Part shown: positions 44,488 through 55,161 of the stretch, piece after piece
How positions within the stretch are numbered: position 1 is the stretch's first letter
How the letters are laid out: each line of letters opens with the position of its first letter
Assembly (NCBI GenBank): GCA_043742725.1
Contig: JAYTXX010000029.1
Span: forward strand, 1-55,161
Length of the DNA: 55,161 nt
Direction: 5' to 3'
From: Bacteroidota bacterium
Lineage (GTDB): Bacteria; Bacteroidota; Bacteroidia; 2-12-FULL-35-15
The notes under the pieces: generated by a model
The model's database searches: none
The model's input: the letters and a program-made list of their open reading frames with translations, nothing else
Told to the model about the DNA's origin: nothing
Translations under genes and position numbers: made by a program

Positions 44488-45369
44488 CTACTTGCGAATA
44501 ATGTATATTTGACTGGAATAGGTTTTGCCGGTTCGGGCGCCAGCCACATTTGAACGAAATCCGTTCCACAGCGATTTAATAATATTCGTTTTGCCTGTCT
44601 TTATCTTTTCGCTCAACATCGAAACATAAAAAGAATCAAATACCATTGGTAAAATTTGTACTGTTTTTAACCCGTGTTTCTTAAAAATAGACTCGATATC
44701 TTTTGGAGTAAAATGATATAAATGTCTTGGCACATCATAAGCTGCCCATTGCTCTTTATATGTTTTTGCATCCAAAGAATTGCAATTAGGAACAGCAATA
44801 ATTATAATTCCATTCGTCTTTATTAATCGTTTTAGGTCTTCTATTCTTTCGTTTAATTTAGGAACATGCTCTAACACATGCCACATTGTAATTACATCAA
44901 ATCTTTCGCTTTCAAGATTCTTAATTTCTAGCTCTTCTCTTACATCTAAACCATAATTTTCTGTTGCCATTTTTCGAGCTTCGGGACTTGGCTCAACTCC
45001 TAATGTATTCCATTTTGCTATTTTACAAGTGTTCAAAAACTCGCCTGTTCCACAGCCAATATCCAATATTTTTCCTGTTTTAAAGTGCTTCGAAATAAGT
45101 TGAAGTTTCTTAAGTAATGTATATTTTCTAACCAATTGGTAGGTAGAATTAACAAATCCTTTCTTTGTATTTGAGTGAGAAACATACTCTTCCGATTTAT
45201 AATATTCGCCCAACTTACTTTCTTCTGGTCTAGGATTGGTAAACCTAAAGTCACAAGAATTACACTGAACAATATCAAATGTTTCACGTGAAACAGTGTG
45301 ATCAACACAAGACAAAAAGAGTTTTGTTTCGGTTGAGTTACATATTGGACAATTTTTAAGTGTTTCCAT
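44488..45369 (-). CDS. Class I SAM-dependent methyltransferase with an N-terminal Cys4 zinc ribbon
   Basis: CPICNS...CNSCDF followed by SAM motif I ILDIGCGTGEF and post-I/II motifs (FDVITMWHVLEHV). Confidence 0.85.
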   Translation of the reverse strand: METLKNCPICNSTETKLFLSCVDHTVSRETFDIVQCNSCDFRFTNPRPEESKLGEYYKSEEYVSHSNTKKGFVNSTYQLVRKYTLLKKLQLISKHFKTGKILDIGCGTGEFLNTCKIAKWNTLGVEPSPEARKMATENYGLDVREELEIKNLESERFDVITMWHVLEHVPKLNERIEDLKRLIKTNGIIIIAVPNCNSLDAKTYKEQWAAYDVPRHLYHFTPKDIESIFKKHGLKTVQILPMVFDSFYVSMLSEKIKTGKTNIIKSLWNGFRSNVAGARTGKTYSSQIYIIRK

Positions 45370-45395
45370 AAATTGTGTTTCTGTTCCACGTGGAA

Positions 45396-47300
45396 CTATC
45401 TTCCCAAATATACCATTAAAATAGAAATGTCAGACGGAGTTATGCCAGAGATTCTTGATGCCTGACCAATGGTTTTGGGCTTTATTTTTGTTAGTTTTTC
45501 TCTTGCCTCTTTTGACAAAGATGTTAGTCTTAAATAATCAAAATCATCATGAAGAACAAGGTCTTCTAATCTGGTTTGTTTTTCAGCAAGCTCATATTCT
45601 TTTGAAATATATCCTTCGTATTTCATCAATATTTCTGCTTGCTCAATGCTTTCTATATCATAATTAGAAATAAACGATTTAACTTTGGGAGAGCTTATTG
45701 CAAAGTCTAAAAGTGTGATTGTTGGCCTGGTTAAAACACCAAACATCTTTACCTTTTGTGTGATTGGAGCAGATCCAATAATTTCTAAACATGAGTTTAT
45801 TTCGGCTGGCTCTATACTTTCTGTTTTGAAATACTTTATAATTTCTTGTGTTTGTTTTTGTTTCAAATTTACCCTTTCCAGGCGTTCTTTTGATGCTAAA
45901 CCCAACTCATACGATTTTGGTGTCAACCGAATATCTGCATTATCCTGGCGCAACAAAATACGATATTCTGCGCGAGAAGTAAACATTCGGTATGGCTCTT
46001 CGGTTCCTTTGGTAACTAAATCATCTATTAAAACTCCAATATATGCTTCCGAACGCTGAAGAATAAATGGCGCCCTATTATTTATTTTTAAGTGTGCATT
46101 TATTCCTGCCATTAGTCCTTGACAAGCTGCTTCTTCATATCCTGTTGTTCCATTGATTTGCCCTGCGAAATAAAGATTTTTTACAAGCTTTGTTTCAAGT
46201 GTAAGATCTAGTTGTTGAGGAGGAAAATAATCATATTCTATAGCGTATCCTGGACGGAACATTTTCACGTTTTCAAAGCCTGGTATTTTTTTAAGTGCCT
46301 TATACTGAACATCTTCTGGCAAAGAAGTGGAAAAGCCGTTTACATAAATTTCCACCGTATTCCAGCCTTCGGGCTCAACAAATATTTGGTGACGATTGCG
46401 CTCCGCAAAGCGAGTAATTTTATCCTCAATACTTGGACAATACCTTGGTCCTAAGCCTTGAATACGACCAGAAAACATTGGCGATTTCTCGAAACCTGTT
46501 CTTAAAATATCGTGAACCTCATCATTTGTATAAGTTATAAAGCAAGGAATTTGACCTGATGGACCATTTGTAAAAGCGTCTTTTCTTTTGGTTTTAAATG
46601 CAAATTGTTCTACATCTAAATAGGAAAATTTGCTGGGATTTTCATCTCCATGTTGCACTTCCATTTTCGAATAATCCAAAGAACGACCATCAATACGTGG
46701 TGGAGTTCCTGTTTTCATTCGCCCTGCTTCAAAACCTAATTGAACGAGCTGTTCGGTAATTCCGGTGCTCGCTTTTTCGCCTGCTCTTCCGCCACCATAT
46801 TGTTTTTCGCCCAAATGTATTAATCCATTTAAAAAAGTACCATTGGTTAAAACGACTGATTTTGCTCGTATTTCAATATCCATTCCTGTAATTACACCGC
46901 AAGCTTTTCCGTCTTCTACAATTAAACCCTTAACCATATCTTGCCAAAAATCAAGGTTGGGAGTCGCTTCCAGCATTAAACGCCATTCTTCTGCAAACTT
47001 CCATCTATCGCTTTGTGCTCTGGGGCTCCACATTGCCGGTCCTTTTGAGCGATTAAGCATACGAAACTGAACAGCTGTTTTGTCTGTAATAATTCCTGAA
47101 TAACCACCCATTGCATCAATCTCTCTCACAATCTGACCTTTTGCAATGCCTCCCATTGCTGGATTACAGCTCATTTGCGCAATGGTTTGCATGTTCATTG
47201 TAATAAGTAGGGTAGAAGAGCCCATGTTTGCTGCAGCAGCTGCTGCTTCGCAACCAGCATGACCAGCACCTACTACTATTACATCGTATTCCTTAAACAT
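45396..47300 (-). CDS. mnmG: tRNA uridine 5-carboxymethylaminomethyl modification enzyme MnmG (GidA)
   Basis: 634 aa. The FAD motif [16 protein letters not shown] and [21 protein letters not shown] are highly characteristic. Confidence 0.97.
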   Translation of the reverse strand: MFKEYDVIVVGAGHAGCEAAAAAANMGSSTLLITMNMQTIAQMSCNPAMGGIAKGQIVREIDAMGGYSGIITDKTAVQFRMLNRSKGPAMWSPRAQSDRWKFAEEWRLMLEATPNLDFWQDMVKGLIVEDGKACGVITGMDIEIRAKSVVLTNGTFLNGLIHLGEKQYGGGRAGEKASTGITEQLVQLGFEAGRMKTGTPPRIDGRSLDYSKMEVQHGDENPSKFSYLDVEQFAFKTKRKDAFTNGPSGQIPCFITYTNDEVHDILRTGFEKSPMFSGRIQGLGPRYCPSIEDKITRFAERNRHQIFVEPEGWNTVEIYVNGFSTSLPEDVQYKALKKIPGFENVKMFRPGYAIEYDYFPPQQLDLTLETKLVKNLYFAGQINGTTGYEEAACQGLMAGINAHLKINNRAPFILQRSEAYIGVLIDDLVTKGTEEPYRMFTSRAEYRILLRQDNADIRLTPKSYELGLASKERLERVNLKQKQTQEIIKYFKTESIEPAEINSCLEIIGSAPITQKVKMFGVLTRPTITLLDFAISSPKVKSFISNYDIESIEQAEILMKYEGYISKEYELAEKQTRLEDLVLHDDFDYLRLTSLSKEAREKLTKIKPKTIGQASRISGITPSDISILMVYLGR

Positions 47301-47320
47301 TGTTTTGTTTTAATGGATTG

Positions 47321-47328
47321 CAAAAGTA
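47321..47328 (-). promoter_or_regulatory. Candidate -7 promoter box for mnmG (reverse complement TActTTTG)
   Basis: CAAAAGTA on the + strand, 20 nt upstream of the minus-strand ATG at 47300. Confidence 0.4.
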
Positions 47329-47410
47329 CTGCTTTTTTGTAGAATTATTTTCTTATACATTCGAAAATGGAGCGCTGTATTTTTCTTTACATAAAAATAA
47401 ATATTAAAAG

Positions 47411-47418
47411 TATTTTTG
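47411..47418 (+). promoter_or_regulatory. Candidate -7 promoter box (TAttTTTG)
   Basis: TAnnTTTG match 20 nt upstream of the ATG at 47439. Confidence 0.4.
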
Positions 47419-47438
47419 TTTTTATAAAATCCGCTTAA

Positions 47439-48389
47439 ATGAAAACACATGCCCATTTTTTAACAACGATTCTTTTTCTAATTATTTTTTCGAACATAGA
47501 AGCGCAAGAAGAAAACCTAGTTTTAAAAACAGCTACTGGCGATATTTATGGCACATTAACATTGCCTGATGATAAAAAAAACATTCCGATTGTATTGATT
47601 ATTGCTGGCTCTGGACCAACAGACAGAAATGGAAATAATGAATCTATGGAAAATAATTCGTTGAAATTTTTGGCTGAAGAATTAAGAAAAAATGGTTTTG
47701 CATCATTGCGTTATGATAAAAGAGGTATTGCAAAAAGCCAAGAGGCTGGAGGTGAAGAAATAAATTTACGTTTTGATAATTATATAAATGATGTTAAAGA
47801 TTGGGTTGAATTATTATCAAATGATAAGCGTTTTTCTAAAATAATAATTGCAGGACATAGCGAAGGGTCTTTGCTCGGAATTGTTGCTTCGGTAAACAAC
47901 AAAAAAGTAAATGCTTTAATTTCTATTGCTGGTGCTGGTCGTCCAGCTGATGAAATATTAAAAGAACAATTGGACAAAACGCCACAATCGGTCAAAGATG
48001 TTGTATTTCCAATGATTGACACACTTAAACAAGGTGATACAATAGGAAATGTTCCTGTTATTTTTTATGCTCTATTTCGCCCAAGTGTACAACCTTATAT
48101 GATTTCTTGGTTTAAATATAATCCTCAAATAGAAATTAAAAAACTAACTATTCCTATTTTAATTTTACAAGGTAATACTGATATTCAAGTTAAAGAAACA
48201 GACGCAAATTTATTAGCAACAGCACAACCTACAGCAGAATTAAAACTGATTAAAAATATGAATCATGTTTTAAAAGATTGCGACACTACGGATAAAGAAA
48301 AACAATTGCCAATTTATTCTAACCCTGATTTGCCTTTGAATAAAGAGTTTGTAGAGGTGTTAGTTGGTTTTGTTAAAAAGATAAAATAA
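47439..48389 (+). CDS. Secreted alpha/beta-fold hydrolase
   Basis: Signal peptide, nucleophile elbow GHSEGS, and a late NMNHVLKD (catalytic His context). Confidence 0.85.
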   Translation: MKTHAHFLTTILFLIIFSNIEAQEENLVLKTATGDIYGTLTLPDDKKNIPIVLIIAGSGPTDRNGNNESMENNSLKFLAEELRKNGFASLRYDKRGIAKSQEAGGEEINLRFDNYINDVKDWVELLSNDKRFSKIIIAGHSEGSLLGIVASVNNKKVNALISIAGAGRPADEILKEQLDKTPQSVKDVVFPMIDTLKQGDTIGNVPVIFYALFRPSVQPYMISWFKYNPQIEIKKLTIPILILQGNTDIQVKETDANLLATAQPTAELKLIKNMNHVLKDCDTTDKEKQLPIYSNPDLPLNKEFVEVLVGFVKKIK

Positions 48390-48404
48390 GCTTTTCTATT
48401 TATT

Positions 48405-48412
48405 TAGATTTG
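48405..48412 (+). promoter_or_regulatory. Candidate -7 promoter box (TAgaTTTG)
   Basis: TAnnTTTG match 17 nt upstream of the ATG at 48430. Confidence 0.4.
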
Positions 48413-48429
48413 TGTTCAACTTAATTTGA

Positions 48430-49236
48430 ATGAATAAAACGATTTTTTATATTTCTTTCTTTTCTTGTTTTTCTTTGAGCTTTGTTTCTCGTGGACAAAT
48501 AATAAACATTGATAAAACAGATACATCGAAGTATGATAAAAAAACTGTTATAAAATTAAATTTTGGAAGCGGTTTAGAAATTGATAAACAAAAAAACACC
48601 GTTTACGATGCAAGTAATGCTCTTGATTTGTCTCTGCAAAAATCAAAAGAATTATTGGTATTAGCAACCGGTTTTAGATTTACTTATAATGGACCTGAAG
48701 ATATTTTAAATACAGGTTTTGTTCATTTGCGTTATCGGCACGACTATAATAATAAAATTCATCCCGAAGCTTTTGTTCAATACCAATGGGATACTAAAAG
48801 AGGAATAGAATACAGAACTTTGGGTGGTGCAAATATTCGTTGGAATAATTACTTACATCCAAAATTTAATTTAATACTTGCAACAGGATTAATGTATGAA
48901 CAAGAACGCTGGAACTATACAGCAGTTGTTGATTCGGTAGATATTCCTACTAATACTAAAACAGTAGAAACAAAATATATTAAATCAAATTCATATATGA
49001 AATTTGAAATAAAAGTGAGTGATAATAGTGATTTATTTTTTACCACATTTATTCAAACCCGACCCGATAAATTTTTTATTTATCCACGCATTGCAAATGT
49101 TTTGAAATGGAATGTAAACGTAACAAAACACGTTGCTATTGAATTAAATTTTAATAGCATTTATGATACACGACCAACGGTTGCTATTTCAAAATTTTAC
49201 TTTAGTTTTTCAGATATGATAACTGTAAAATTTTAA
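48430..49236 (+). CDS. Putative outer-membrane beta-barrel protein
   Basis: Signal peptide, alternating hydrophobic pattern, and a C-terminal ...ITVKF ending in Phe as in many OMP barrels. Confidence 0.55.
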   Translation: MNKTIFYISFFSCFSLSFVSRGQIINIDKTDTSKYDKKTVIKLNFGSGLEIDKQKNTVYDASNALDLSLQKSKELLVLATGFRFTYNGPEDILNTGFVHLRYRHDYNNKIHPEAFVQYQWDTKRGIEYRTLGGANIRWNNYLHPKFNLILATGLMYEQERWNYTAVVDSVDIPTNTKTVETKYIKSNSYMKFEIKVSDNSDLFFTTFIQTRPDKFFIYPRIANVLKWNVNVTKHVAIELNFNSIYDTRPTVAISKFYFSFSDMITVKF

Positions 49237-49247
49237 TATTATAAAAT

Positions 49248-50234
49248 TTACAATCCAAATTGAGCAGACAATTCTAACATTTTTATAATTGGCTTTTTTG
49301 CTTCACGAATTAAATTTTCTGATAAAATAATTTCGGGTTGTTCGTATTTAAGGCAATTATAAAGCTTTTCAAGCGTATTTAATTTCATGTGAGGACAATC
49401 ATTACAAGCACAAGAATTATTTGGTGGAGCTGGTATAAATACCTTTGTTGGATTTAATTTTTGCATCTGATGAATTATTCCAGATTCTGTTGCAACTATA
49501 AATTCTGTTGCATCCGATTTTTTTGAATAATTTAATATACCTGTTGTGCTTCCAATATAATCAGCTATTTCAAGTAAGTTTGCTTCACATTCAGGATGTG
49601 CTAATAATTTAGCATTCGGATGTTGATTTTTAAGTTTAGTAATTTTTTCTAACGAAAATATTTCGTGAACCATACAAGCTCCATCCCATAAAACCATATT
49701 TCTGCCTGTTTTTTTATTAATATAAGCACCTAAATTTTTATCAGGCGCAAATATTATTTTTTGGTCTTTAGGTAAACTTTCAACTATTTGAACTGCGTTG
49801 GTAGAAGTACAAACAATATCGGTTAATGTTTTTAATTCGGCAGTACAATTGATGTATGAAATTACTAAATGATCGGGATGAAGTTTTTTAAATGCAGCAA
49901 ATTTTTCAGCAGGACAAGAATCCGCTAATGAACAACCAGCTCGTAAATCAGGTAATAAAACTTTTTTGGATGGTGATAAAATTTTTGCTGTTTCAGCCAT
50001 AAAATGAACTCCTGCAAAAACAATAATATCGGCAGTTGTTTTAGCTGCTTCTTGCGATAATCCCAAACTATCGCCAATATAATCGGCAATATCCTGTATG
50101 TCGGCATCTTGGTAGTAATGGGCAAGAATAATGGCATTTTTTTCTTTTTTTAGTTTGTTTATTTCGGTGAACAAATCTAATGATAAATCTATTGGAATAT
50201 CCAGAAAACCTTTTTGTTTCAAATCATCAACCAT
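49248..50234 (-). CDS. nadA: Quinolinate synthase
   Basis: 328 aa. [25 protein letters not shown] and three Cys ligand contexts ([20 protein letters not shown]). Confidence 0.95.
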   Translation of the reverse strand: MVDDLKQKGFLDIPIDLSLDLFTEINKLKKEKNAIILAHYYQDADIQDIADYIGDSLGLSQEAAKTTADIIVFAGVHFMAETAKILSPSKKVLLPDLRAGCSLADSCPAEKFAAFKKLHPDHLVISYINCTAELKTLTDIVCTSTNAVQIVESLPKDQKIIFAPDKNLGAYINKKTGRNMVLWDGACMVHEIFSLEKITKLKNQHPNAKLLAHPECEANLLEIADYIGSTTGILNYSKKSDATEFIVATESGIIHQMQKLNPTKVFIPAPPNNSCACNDCPHMKLNTLEKLYNCLKYEQPEIILSENLIREAKKPIIKMLELSAQFGL

Positions 50235-50735
50235 ATCAATAATATATTTTAATATTTAAATATAAATAAAAATTGTTGTTGTTATTGGTCTGTTAGTAAT
50301 GTGTATAAAATTATCTAAAAAAATTGCTTTTAAGGGTTCTTACACTTCACCAACAGTAATAAAAAAGTTACATTTATATAATGTGTTGAAAAGCAGAAGA
50401 ATTGTGCTTTATCAACAATGTGTTAGTAACGTTATTAGATGATAACTTTCATACAAAAATACTGTTAATTATGTAATAAACTTGTTGATGGTTTACTTAA
50501 AGTTGTAATAAAAAAATGTAGGATTATAAAAAAATTAAGTCAAGGAATATTGTATTTCAACAAAGCAAGAAAAATCTTCAACTGTTTTACAACACAATAA
50601 ATTCTTATGAACACATTTTGTGTTGATAAAAATAAAAATATAGCCTTAATTATCAATGCTTTATTTTTCAACTTTACAAACGTGTTAATTGTGGTTAATA
50701 AGTACAAAAAACAGTAATAAATCAATATTTAAACT

Positions 50736-51170
50736 ATGAAAATAGCAATAGGTTGCGACCATGCGGCATTTCAATTAAAAGAAAAACTAAAACCCTATTT
50801 ACTTTCAAAAGGGTTCGATATAAAAGATTTTGGTTGTTATTCCGAAGAACGAGCAGATTACCCAGATTATGCACATCCTGTTGCAAATGCAGTAGAAAAT
50901 AAAGAATTTGATTTTGGTTTATTAATGTGTGGAAGTGGAAACGGAATAAACATGACCGCAAACAAACACAAAGAAATTCGTTCGGCACTTTGTTGGAATG
51001 CCGAAATAGCAGAGCTTGCACGTTTACACAACGATGCAAATATTTTGACATTACCAGCAAGATATATTACTGAAGAGGAAGCAAAAAAATGTATTGATGT
51101 TTTTTATTCAACAACATTTGAAGGAGGAAGACATGCGGATAGAGTAAAAAAAATAAATGAAGGATGTTAA
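50736..51170 (+). CDS. rpiB: Ribose-5-phosphate isomerase B
   Basis: 144 aa. MKIAIGCDHAAFQLKE, CGSGNGINMTANK, RLHNDANILTLPAR. Confidence 0.93.
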   Translation: MKIAIGCDHAAFQLKEKLKPYLLSKGFDIKDFGCYSEERADYPDYAHPVANAVENKEFDFGLLMCGSGNGINMTANKHKEIRSALCWNAEIAELARLHNDANILTLPARYITEEEAKKCIDVFYSTTFEGGRHADRVKKINEGC

Positions 51171-52711
51171 ATAAAACTAGAATATTAATAACCCTATTGT
51201 TTCCTACAATTATTTTTGCACAGGAAAAAGATACTGTTGCAATGCGCTATTCTAAAAATGTTACAGCAGCAGGAATGAGCAAGAATTTACATGTGTTGGC
51301 ATCGGACGAATATGAAGGAAGAGAAACAGGAAAGAAGGGACAAAAAATGGCAGCAGAATATATTGCTAATCAATTTAAGCAAGCAGGAATTCCGCCATAC
51401 AAAGAAAACACCTATTACCAACAATTTCCGTTGATGTTAATTTTACCAAGCCCCGCAGAAGTTTCAATCAACGAAAAAAAATACCAAGCAAATAAAGATT
51501 ATTATAATTTTTCGGGACTGTCCGAAGGAACAGTAACAACAGACAAAATTTTATTTTTAGGTTATGGTATTGATGAAGAAAAATATAGCGACTATAAAAA
51601 TGTGGATGTAAAAAATCGTGAAGTAATGATTTTGGAAGATGAACCATATTCAAAAGATTCTACATCGTTGATTACAGGAAAAAAATCAGCATCTATGTGG
51701 TCAACATATTATAGAACAAAAATAGAAAAGGCAAAAGAAAAAGGAATTAGTACTCTATTAATAATAGTAAAAAACATTGAAAGCAACATTGCCGAGAACA
51801 AACATCGTTTGGAATCTTCATCAATGAAATTGGAATTGAACAAAGATGAAATGCGTGTGATTTATATTTCGGAAGAAATGGCAAATGCACTATTGAAAAA
51901 ACAAAACGTAACGAAAATAAAAAACAAAATTTCCAAAACAGGTTTGCCACAAAACAAAGAAGCAAAAACAAATTTGCAAATAATAATTAAAAATAATGTT
52001 CAAAAAATAAATTCCGAAAACGTATTGGGATATATTGAAGGAACAGATTTAAAAAACGAACTAATTGTTGTTACTGCCCATTATGACCATTTGGGAAAAG
52101 ATGGAGATATTGTTTTTAATGGAGCAGATGATGATGGTTCTGGAACGGTTGCTGTTATTGAGCTTGCGCAAGCATTTGCAAAAGCAAAGCAAGAAGGAAA
52201 AGCACCAAGAAGAAGCATGTTGTTTATGACAGTTGCTGGAGAAGAAAAAGGATTATTGGGTTCATCATATTATGTTGATCATCCCGAATTTCCATTAAAA
52301 AATACGGTTTGCGATTTGAATATTGATATGATTGGAAGGCTTGATGAAAAACATGCAAACAATTCAAACTATGTGTATTTAATAGGTTCCGACAAGTTGA
52401 GTTCGCAACTTCACAACATTAGCGAAAGCGCAAATAAATTATATACAAACATTGATTTGGATTATATTTATAATGATGAAAAAGATAAAAACCGTTTTTA
52501 TTATCGTTCCGACCACTATAATTTTGCAAAGAGCGGAATCCCTGTAATCTTCTATTTTAATGGTGTTCATAAAGATTATCACAAAGAAACCGATGAAGTA
52601 GAAAAAATAGATTTTAATAAAATGGAAAAAATTACACGCTTGGTTTTTTTCACAGCTTGGGAAGTAGCAAACAGAAACGAACGAATTGTAGTAGATTCAA
52701 ACAAAAAATAA
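51164..52711 (+). CDS. M28-family metallopeptidase (aminopeptidase)
   Basis: Signal peptide; NVLGYIEG, VTAHYDHLG, GADDDGSGTVAVIE, GEEKGLLGS. Its start overlaps the rpiB stop by 7 nt. Confidence 0.9.
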   Translation: MLNKTRILITLLFPTIIFAQEKDTVAMRYSKNVTAAGMSKNLHVLASDEYEGRETGKKGQKMAAEYIANQFKQAGIPPYKENTYYQQFPLMLILPSPAEVSINEKKYQANKDYYNFSGLSEGTVTTDKILFLGYGIDEEKYSDYKNVDVKNREVMILEDEPYSKDSTSLITGKKSASMWSTYYRTKIEKAKEKGISTLLIIVKNIESNIAENKHRLESSSMKLELNKDEMRVIYISEEMANALLKKQNVTKIKNKISKTGLPQNKEAKTNLQIIIKNNVQKINSENVLGYIEGTDLKNELIVVTAHYDHLGKDGDIVFNGADDDGSGTVAVIELAQAFAKAKQEGKAPRRSMLFMTVAGEEKGLLGSSYYVDHPEFPLKNTVCDLNIDMIGRLDEKHANNSNYVYLIGSDKLSSQLHNISESANKLYTNIDLDYIYNDEKDKNRFYYRSDHYNFAKSGIPVIFYFNGVHKDYHKETDEVEKIDFNKMEKITRLVFFTAWEVANRNERIVVDSNKK

Positions 52712-52749
52712 GCCTCACCCCTTTATCCCCTCTCCAAAAGGAGAGGGGG
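52712..52749 (+). repeat. GC-rich REP-like hairpin element (same family as 34577-34620, opposite orientation)
   Basis: CCTCACCCCTTTATCCCCTCTCC-AAAA-GGAGAGGGGG with a 9-bp stem (52727-52735 / 52740-52748), right after the M28 gene stop. Confidence 0.7.
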
Positions 52750-52774
52750 CGAACGGTGTTAAAGAAAGAGAAGT

Positions 52775-54157
52775 ATGTCAACAGTATTAGAAATATTTTT
52801 AGAAGCATCAGAAAAAAAAGCATTTGATGTTGAGCATCGCAAAACCATAAAAACCAATATTGCGAAATACGATGCAAAAGTTTTGGAAGGAAAAGAACAA
52901 TTCTCAAACCTTGAATTAGCAAGAACAAGAGCGGCTTCGCTTAAACAAAAATCGGTTGATAATTTAGAAAAATATTTAGTAGAATTTGAAGCAGCATTTA
53001 TTAAGCGTGGCGGAAAAGTAATATGGGCGCAAGATGCGGAAGAAGCACTAAAAGAATCGCTTCAAATAATGAAACGCGCAAATGCAAAAACGGTGGTGAA
53101 AGCAAAATCAATGACTACCGAAGAAGTGCATTTTAATAGCGCTTTGCAAGCCGAAGGAATTGAAAGCATTGAAACCGATTTGGGCGAATACATTGTACAG
53201 CTTCGCAACGAAGCGCCTTACCATATTGTAACACCAGCAATGCACCTTTCTAAAGAAGATGTAGCAATAACATTCAACGAGAAAAAAGGAACACCAAAAG
53301 AATTTACGCCCGAACAAATTACAAATTATGTTCGCCTGGAATTACGCGAAAAATATAGCAAAGCCGAAGTTGGTGTAAGCGGAGCAAATTTTTTAATTGC
53401 CGATGTTGGAGCCATTGCTGTTACTGAAAATGAAGGAAACGGATTAATGTCGTCAGCATTTCCGAAAGTACAAATTGCTATTGTTGGATTGGAAAAAATA
53501 ATTCCTTCTATTGCCGATTTAGATTTGTTTTGGTCGCTACTTGCAACACACGGAACAGGACAACAACTTACGGTTTATAACACCATTTATACAGGACCAA
53601 AACAAGCAGGAGAAATAGATGGTCCAGAAGAAATGTATGTGATTTTGTTAGATAATGGTCGCACTACATTATTAGCCGAAACAGCGCAGCGCAGAGCACT
53701 TTCGTGCATACGCTGTGGAGCTTGTTTAAATGCTTGTCCTGTATATCAAACCATTGGTGGGCACTCTTACGGAACAACTTATAGTGGACCAATCGGCTCT
53801 GTTATAACGCCTTATTTACAAGGCATTGACGAGTTTAAACATTTGAGTTATGCTTCAACATTGTGTGGAAAATGCACCGATGTTTGTCCTGTAAAAATTG
53901 ATATTCATAAGCTTTTGTTATTGAACAGAAGCGATGCTGTTAAAAAAGGATTTACTACAAAAACAGAAAATTGGGTTTGGTTTTTTTGGAAAGGAGCAAT
54001 GCTCAAGCGTAGTAAAATGGATAAAGGTGGAGCAAAACTAAAAAACTTTATGATTAAACAATTCTTTAAAAAACAATGGGGCGAACGAAGAGAGCTGCCA
54101 CAAGTTGCACAAAAATCATTTAACCAAATTTGGAGAGAACGAAAAGGAATGAAGTAG
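52775..54157 (+). CDS. lutB: LutB/LldF-type L-lactate utilisation iron-sulfur protein
   Basis: 460 aa. A DUF162/LUD region is followed by two 4Fe-4S motifs, CIRCGACLNACPVY and CGKCTDVCPV. Confidence 0.9.
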   Translation: MSTVLEIFLEASEKKAFDVEHRKTIKTNIAKYDAKVLEGKEQFSNLELARTRAASLKQKSVDNLEKYLVEFEAAFIKRGGKVIWAQDAEEALKESLQIMKRANAKTVVKAKSMTTEEVHFNSALQAEGIESIETDLGEYIVQLRNEAPYHIVTPAMHLSKEDVAITFNEKKGTPKEFTPEQITNYVRLELREKYSKAEVGVSGANFLIADVGAIAVTENEGNGLMSSAFPKVQIAIVGLEKIIPSIADLDLFWSLLATHGTGQQLTVYNTIYTGPKQAGEIDGPEEMYVILLDNGRTTLLAETAQRRALSCIRCGACLNACPVYQTIGGHSYGTTYSGPIGSVITPYLQGIDEFKHLSYASTLCGKCTDVCPVKIDIHKLLLLNRSDAVKKGFTTKTENWVWFFWKGAMLKRSKMDKGGAKLKNFMIKQFFKKQWGERRELPQVAQKSFNQIWRERKGMK

Positions 54158-54166
54158 AATTGCCCT

Positions 54167-54232
54167 CATTGCGAGGAACGAAGCAATCTCTACGCAAAGT
54201 GTTATTTGTGGATTGCTTCGTTCCTCGCAATG
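54167..54232. repeat. Perfect 22-bp inverted repeat (REP/terminator-like) after lutB
   Basis: CATTGCGAGGAACGAAGCAATC (54167-54188) and GATTGCTTCGTTCCTCGCAATG (54211-54232) are exact reverse complements, separated by a 22-nt loop. Confidence 0.85.
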
Positions 54233-54352
54233 ACCCACACAACAAAACTTGTAAATTAAATAAAATGTGGTAATTTTGGTTGAAGCATTAAATAAAAAAA
54301 CCCCCCAACCATTCTTTTGTTTTATACGTAATTATTAAAAATACACAATCAC

Positions 54353-55161
54353 ATGAAAACAAATCTCTTAAAAATAATTGTACTTGCTTTTCTTTTTTCT
54401 TTTGTATGCTTTCAAAATAAAGCAAAAGCTTGTCATTTAGCAACCGTAACAATAGTTGGAAAAAGTAATTTGGGTGGAGGCGTTTATGAATACACAGTAG
54501 AAATTTGTACGGGTACAGGAGGAAGCGCAATGGGTTTGCTTTGTGCAACAGGAGCGACAGGAAACACACAAGATTTTTCTATTAGTGCTTCAGGAGGAAC
54601 ATTCACAGGAATTAATAATTCGGGTTTTACACCAACAGTAATAAGCGCATTTAATTCTGTAGTTTCAATAGGCGTTGTTTCTGGAGGGGTTCTTACTTAT
54701 ACTGCACCCTCTCCAATATATCAGATTCCTGCAACGGGCGACCCATGTACTTTATATGGTGCAATAACGCAATGGTGTTGGAATGTTACTTTTCAAACAA
54801 CAGGTGAGCCAACAGACATTATAGTTAATGGAATTGAAGGTGTAGAAACAGGCCAAAATTCCACTCCTTGTATTTTATCAACAGGAAACCCATCTTACAC
54901 TTCAGCTATAGCACCTCCTATTTGTTTAGTAACGGTTGATAGCGCAGGGCTTAACAATCAAATTATTTGGGAAAAAACACCCCCATCTACTATTGATAGT
55001 TTTATTGTTTATCGTTATAGCCCCGTTGCATTAAGTTATTTACGAATTGGAGTGGTTTCAAACGACTCTTTAAGTTTGTTTGTTGATACTGCAAGAAGCG
55101 TTGGAGGACCAAATGGAGGCGACCCACAATATACAAGCTATCAATACGAATTAGCGGCTCG
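54353..55161 (+). CDS. Secreted hypothetical protein, N-terminal part; runs off the window end
   Basis: ATG at 54353 reads MKTNLLKIIVLAFLFSFVCF (signal peptide). Hand translation is open to 55161. The sequence is Cys/Gly/Thr-rich, followed by an Ig/FN3-like stretch (NQIIWEKTPPSTIDSFIVYRYSP). Confidence 0.6.
   Translation, partial: MKTNLLKIIVLAFLFSFVCFQNKAKACHLATVTIVGKSNLGGGVYEYTVEICTGTGGSAMGLLCATGATGNTQDFSISASGGTFTGINNSGFTPTVISAFNSVVSIGVVSGGVLTYTAPSPIYQIPATGDPCTLYGAITQWCWNVTFQTTGEPTDIIVNGIEGVETGQNSTPCILSTGNPSYTSAIAPPICLVTVDSAGLNNQIIWEKTPPSTIDSFIVYRYSPVALSYLRIGVVSNDSLSLFVDTARSVGGPNGGDPQYTSYQYELAA

Noticed and set aside
1-55161. tRNA, rRNA, tmRNA, transposase, integrase or phage structural genes
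   Set aside because: I scanned GC-rich patches and all ORFs of 60 aa or more. None shows a cloverleaf-like arrangement or a recombinase or transposase motif (no DDE, no tyrosine-recombinase RHRY context recognised).

Overview
This 55-kb window is a low-GC Bacteroidota chromosome segment. The taxon call rests on T9SS type-A and type-B sorting domains, a PorP/SprF gene and TAnnTTTG -7 promoter boxes. I support about 45 genes and saw no rRNA, tRNA, CRISPR array, transposase or integrase. Housekeeping genes are rnr, a PIN-PhoH ATPase, a trans-sulfuration PLP enzyme, mnmG, nadA, rpiB, an M28 peptidase and lutB. A 14-kb same-strand gene train (21371 down to 7046) joins a T9SS type-B cargo/PorP/OmpA module to a membrane GT-like protein, a MORN protein, a 1280-aa multi-PAS HisKA_2 kinase, a LytTR regulator and an unlisted 56-aa ORF. 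Two accessory regions are the most interesting part. (i) At 22.9-29.2 kb, seven copies of one hairpin-containing repeat separate every gene module, and the outermost copies are inverted. The modules are a 2-TM mini-ORF, a DUF4382 lipoprotein, higBA, a DUF748-like protein, a frameshifted PIN gene with a 50-aa partner, and a PD-(D/E)xK-like gene. (ii) At 34.4-42.65 kb there is a compositionally atypical 265-aa orphan, a divergent pair of a small PD-(D/E)xK-like protein and an HTH-NACHT/STAND NTPase, and a 1.1-kb non-coding cluster of GC-rich modules. Copies of those modules differ by compensatory base-pair changes, which suggests a structured RNA or DNA element. All functional calls come from reading motifs by eye; no database search was run.
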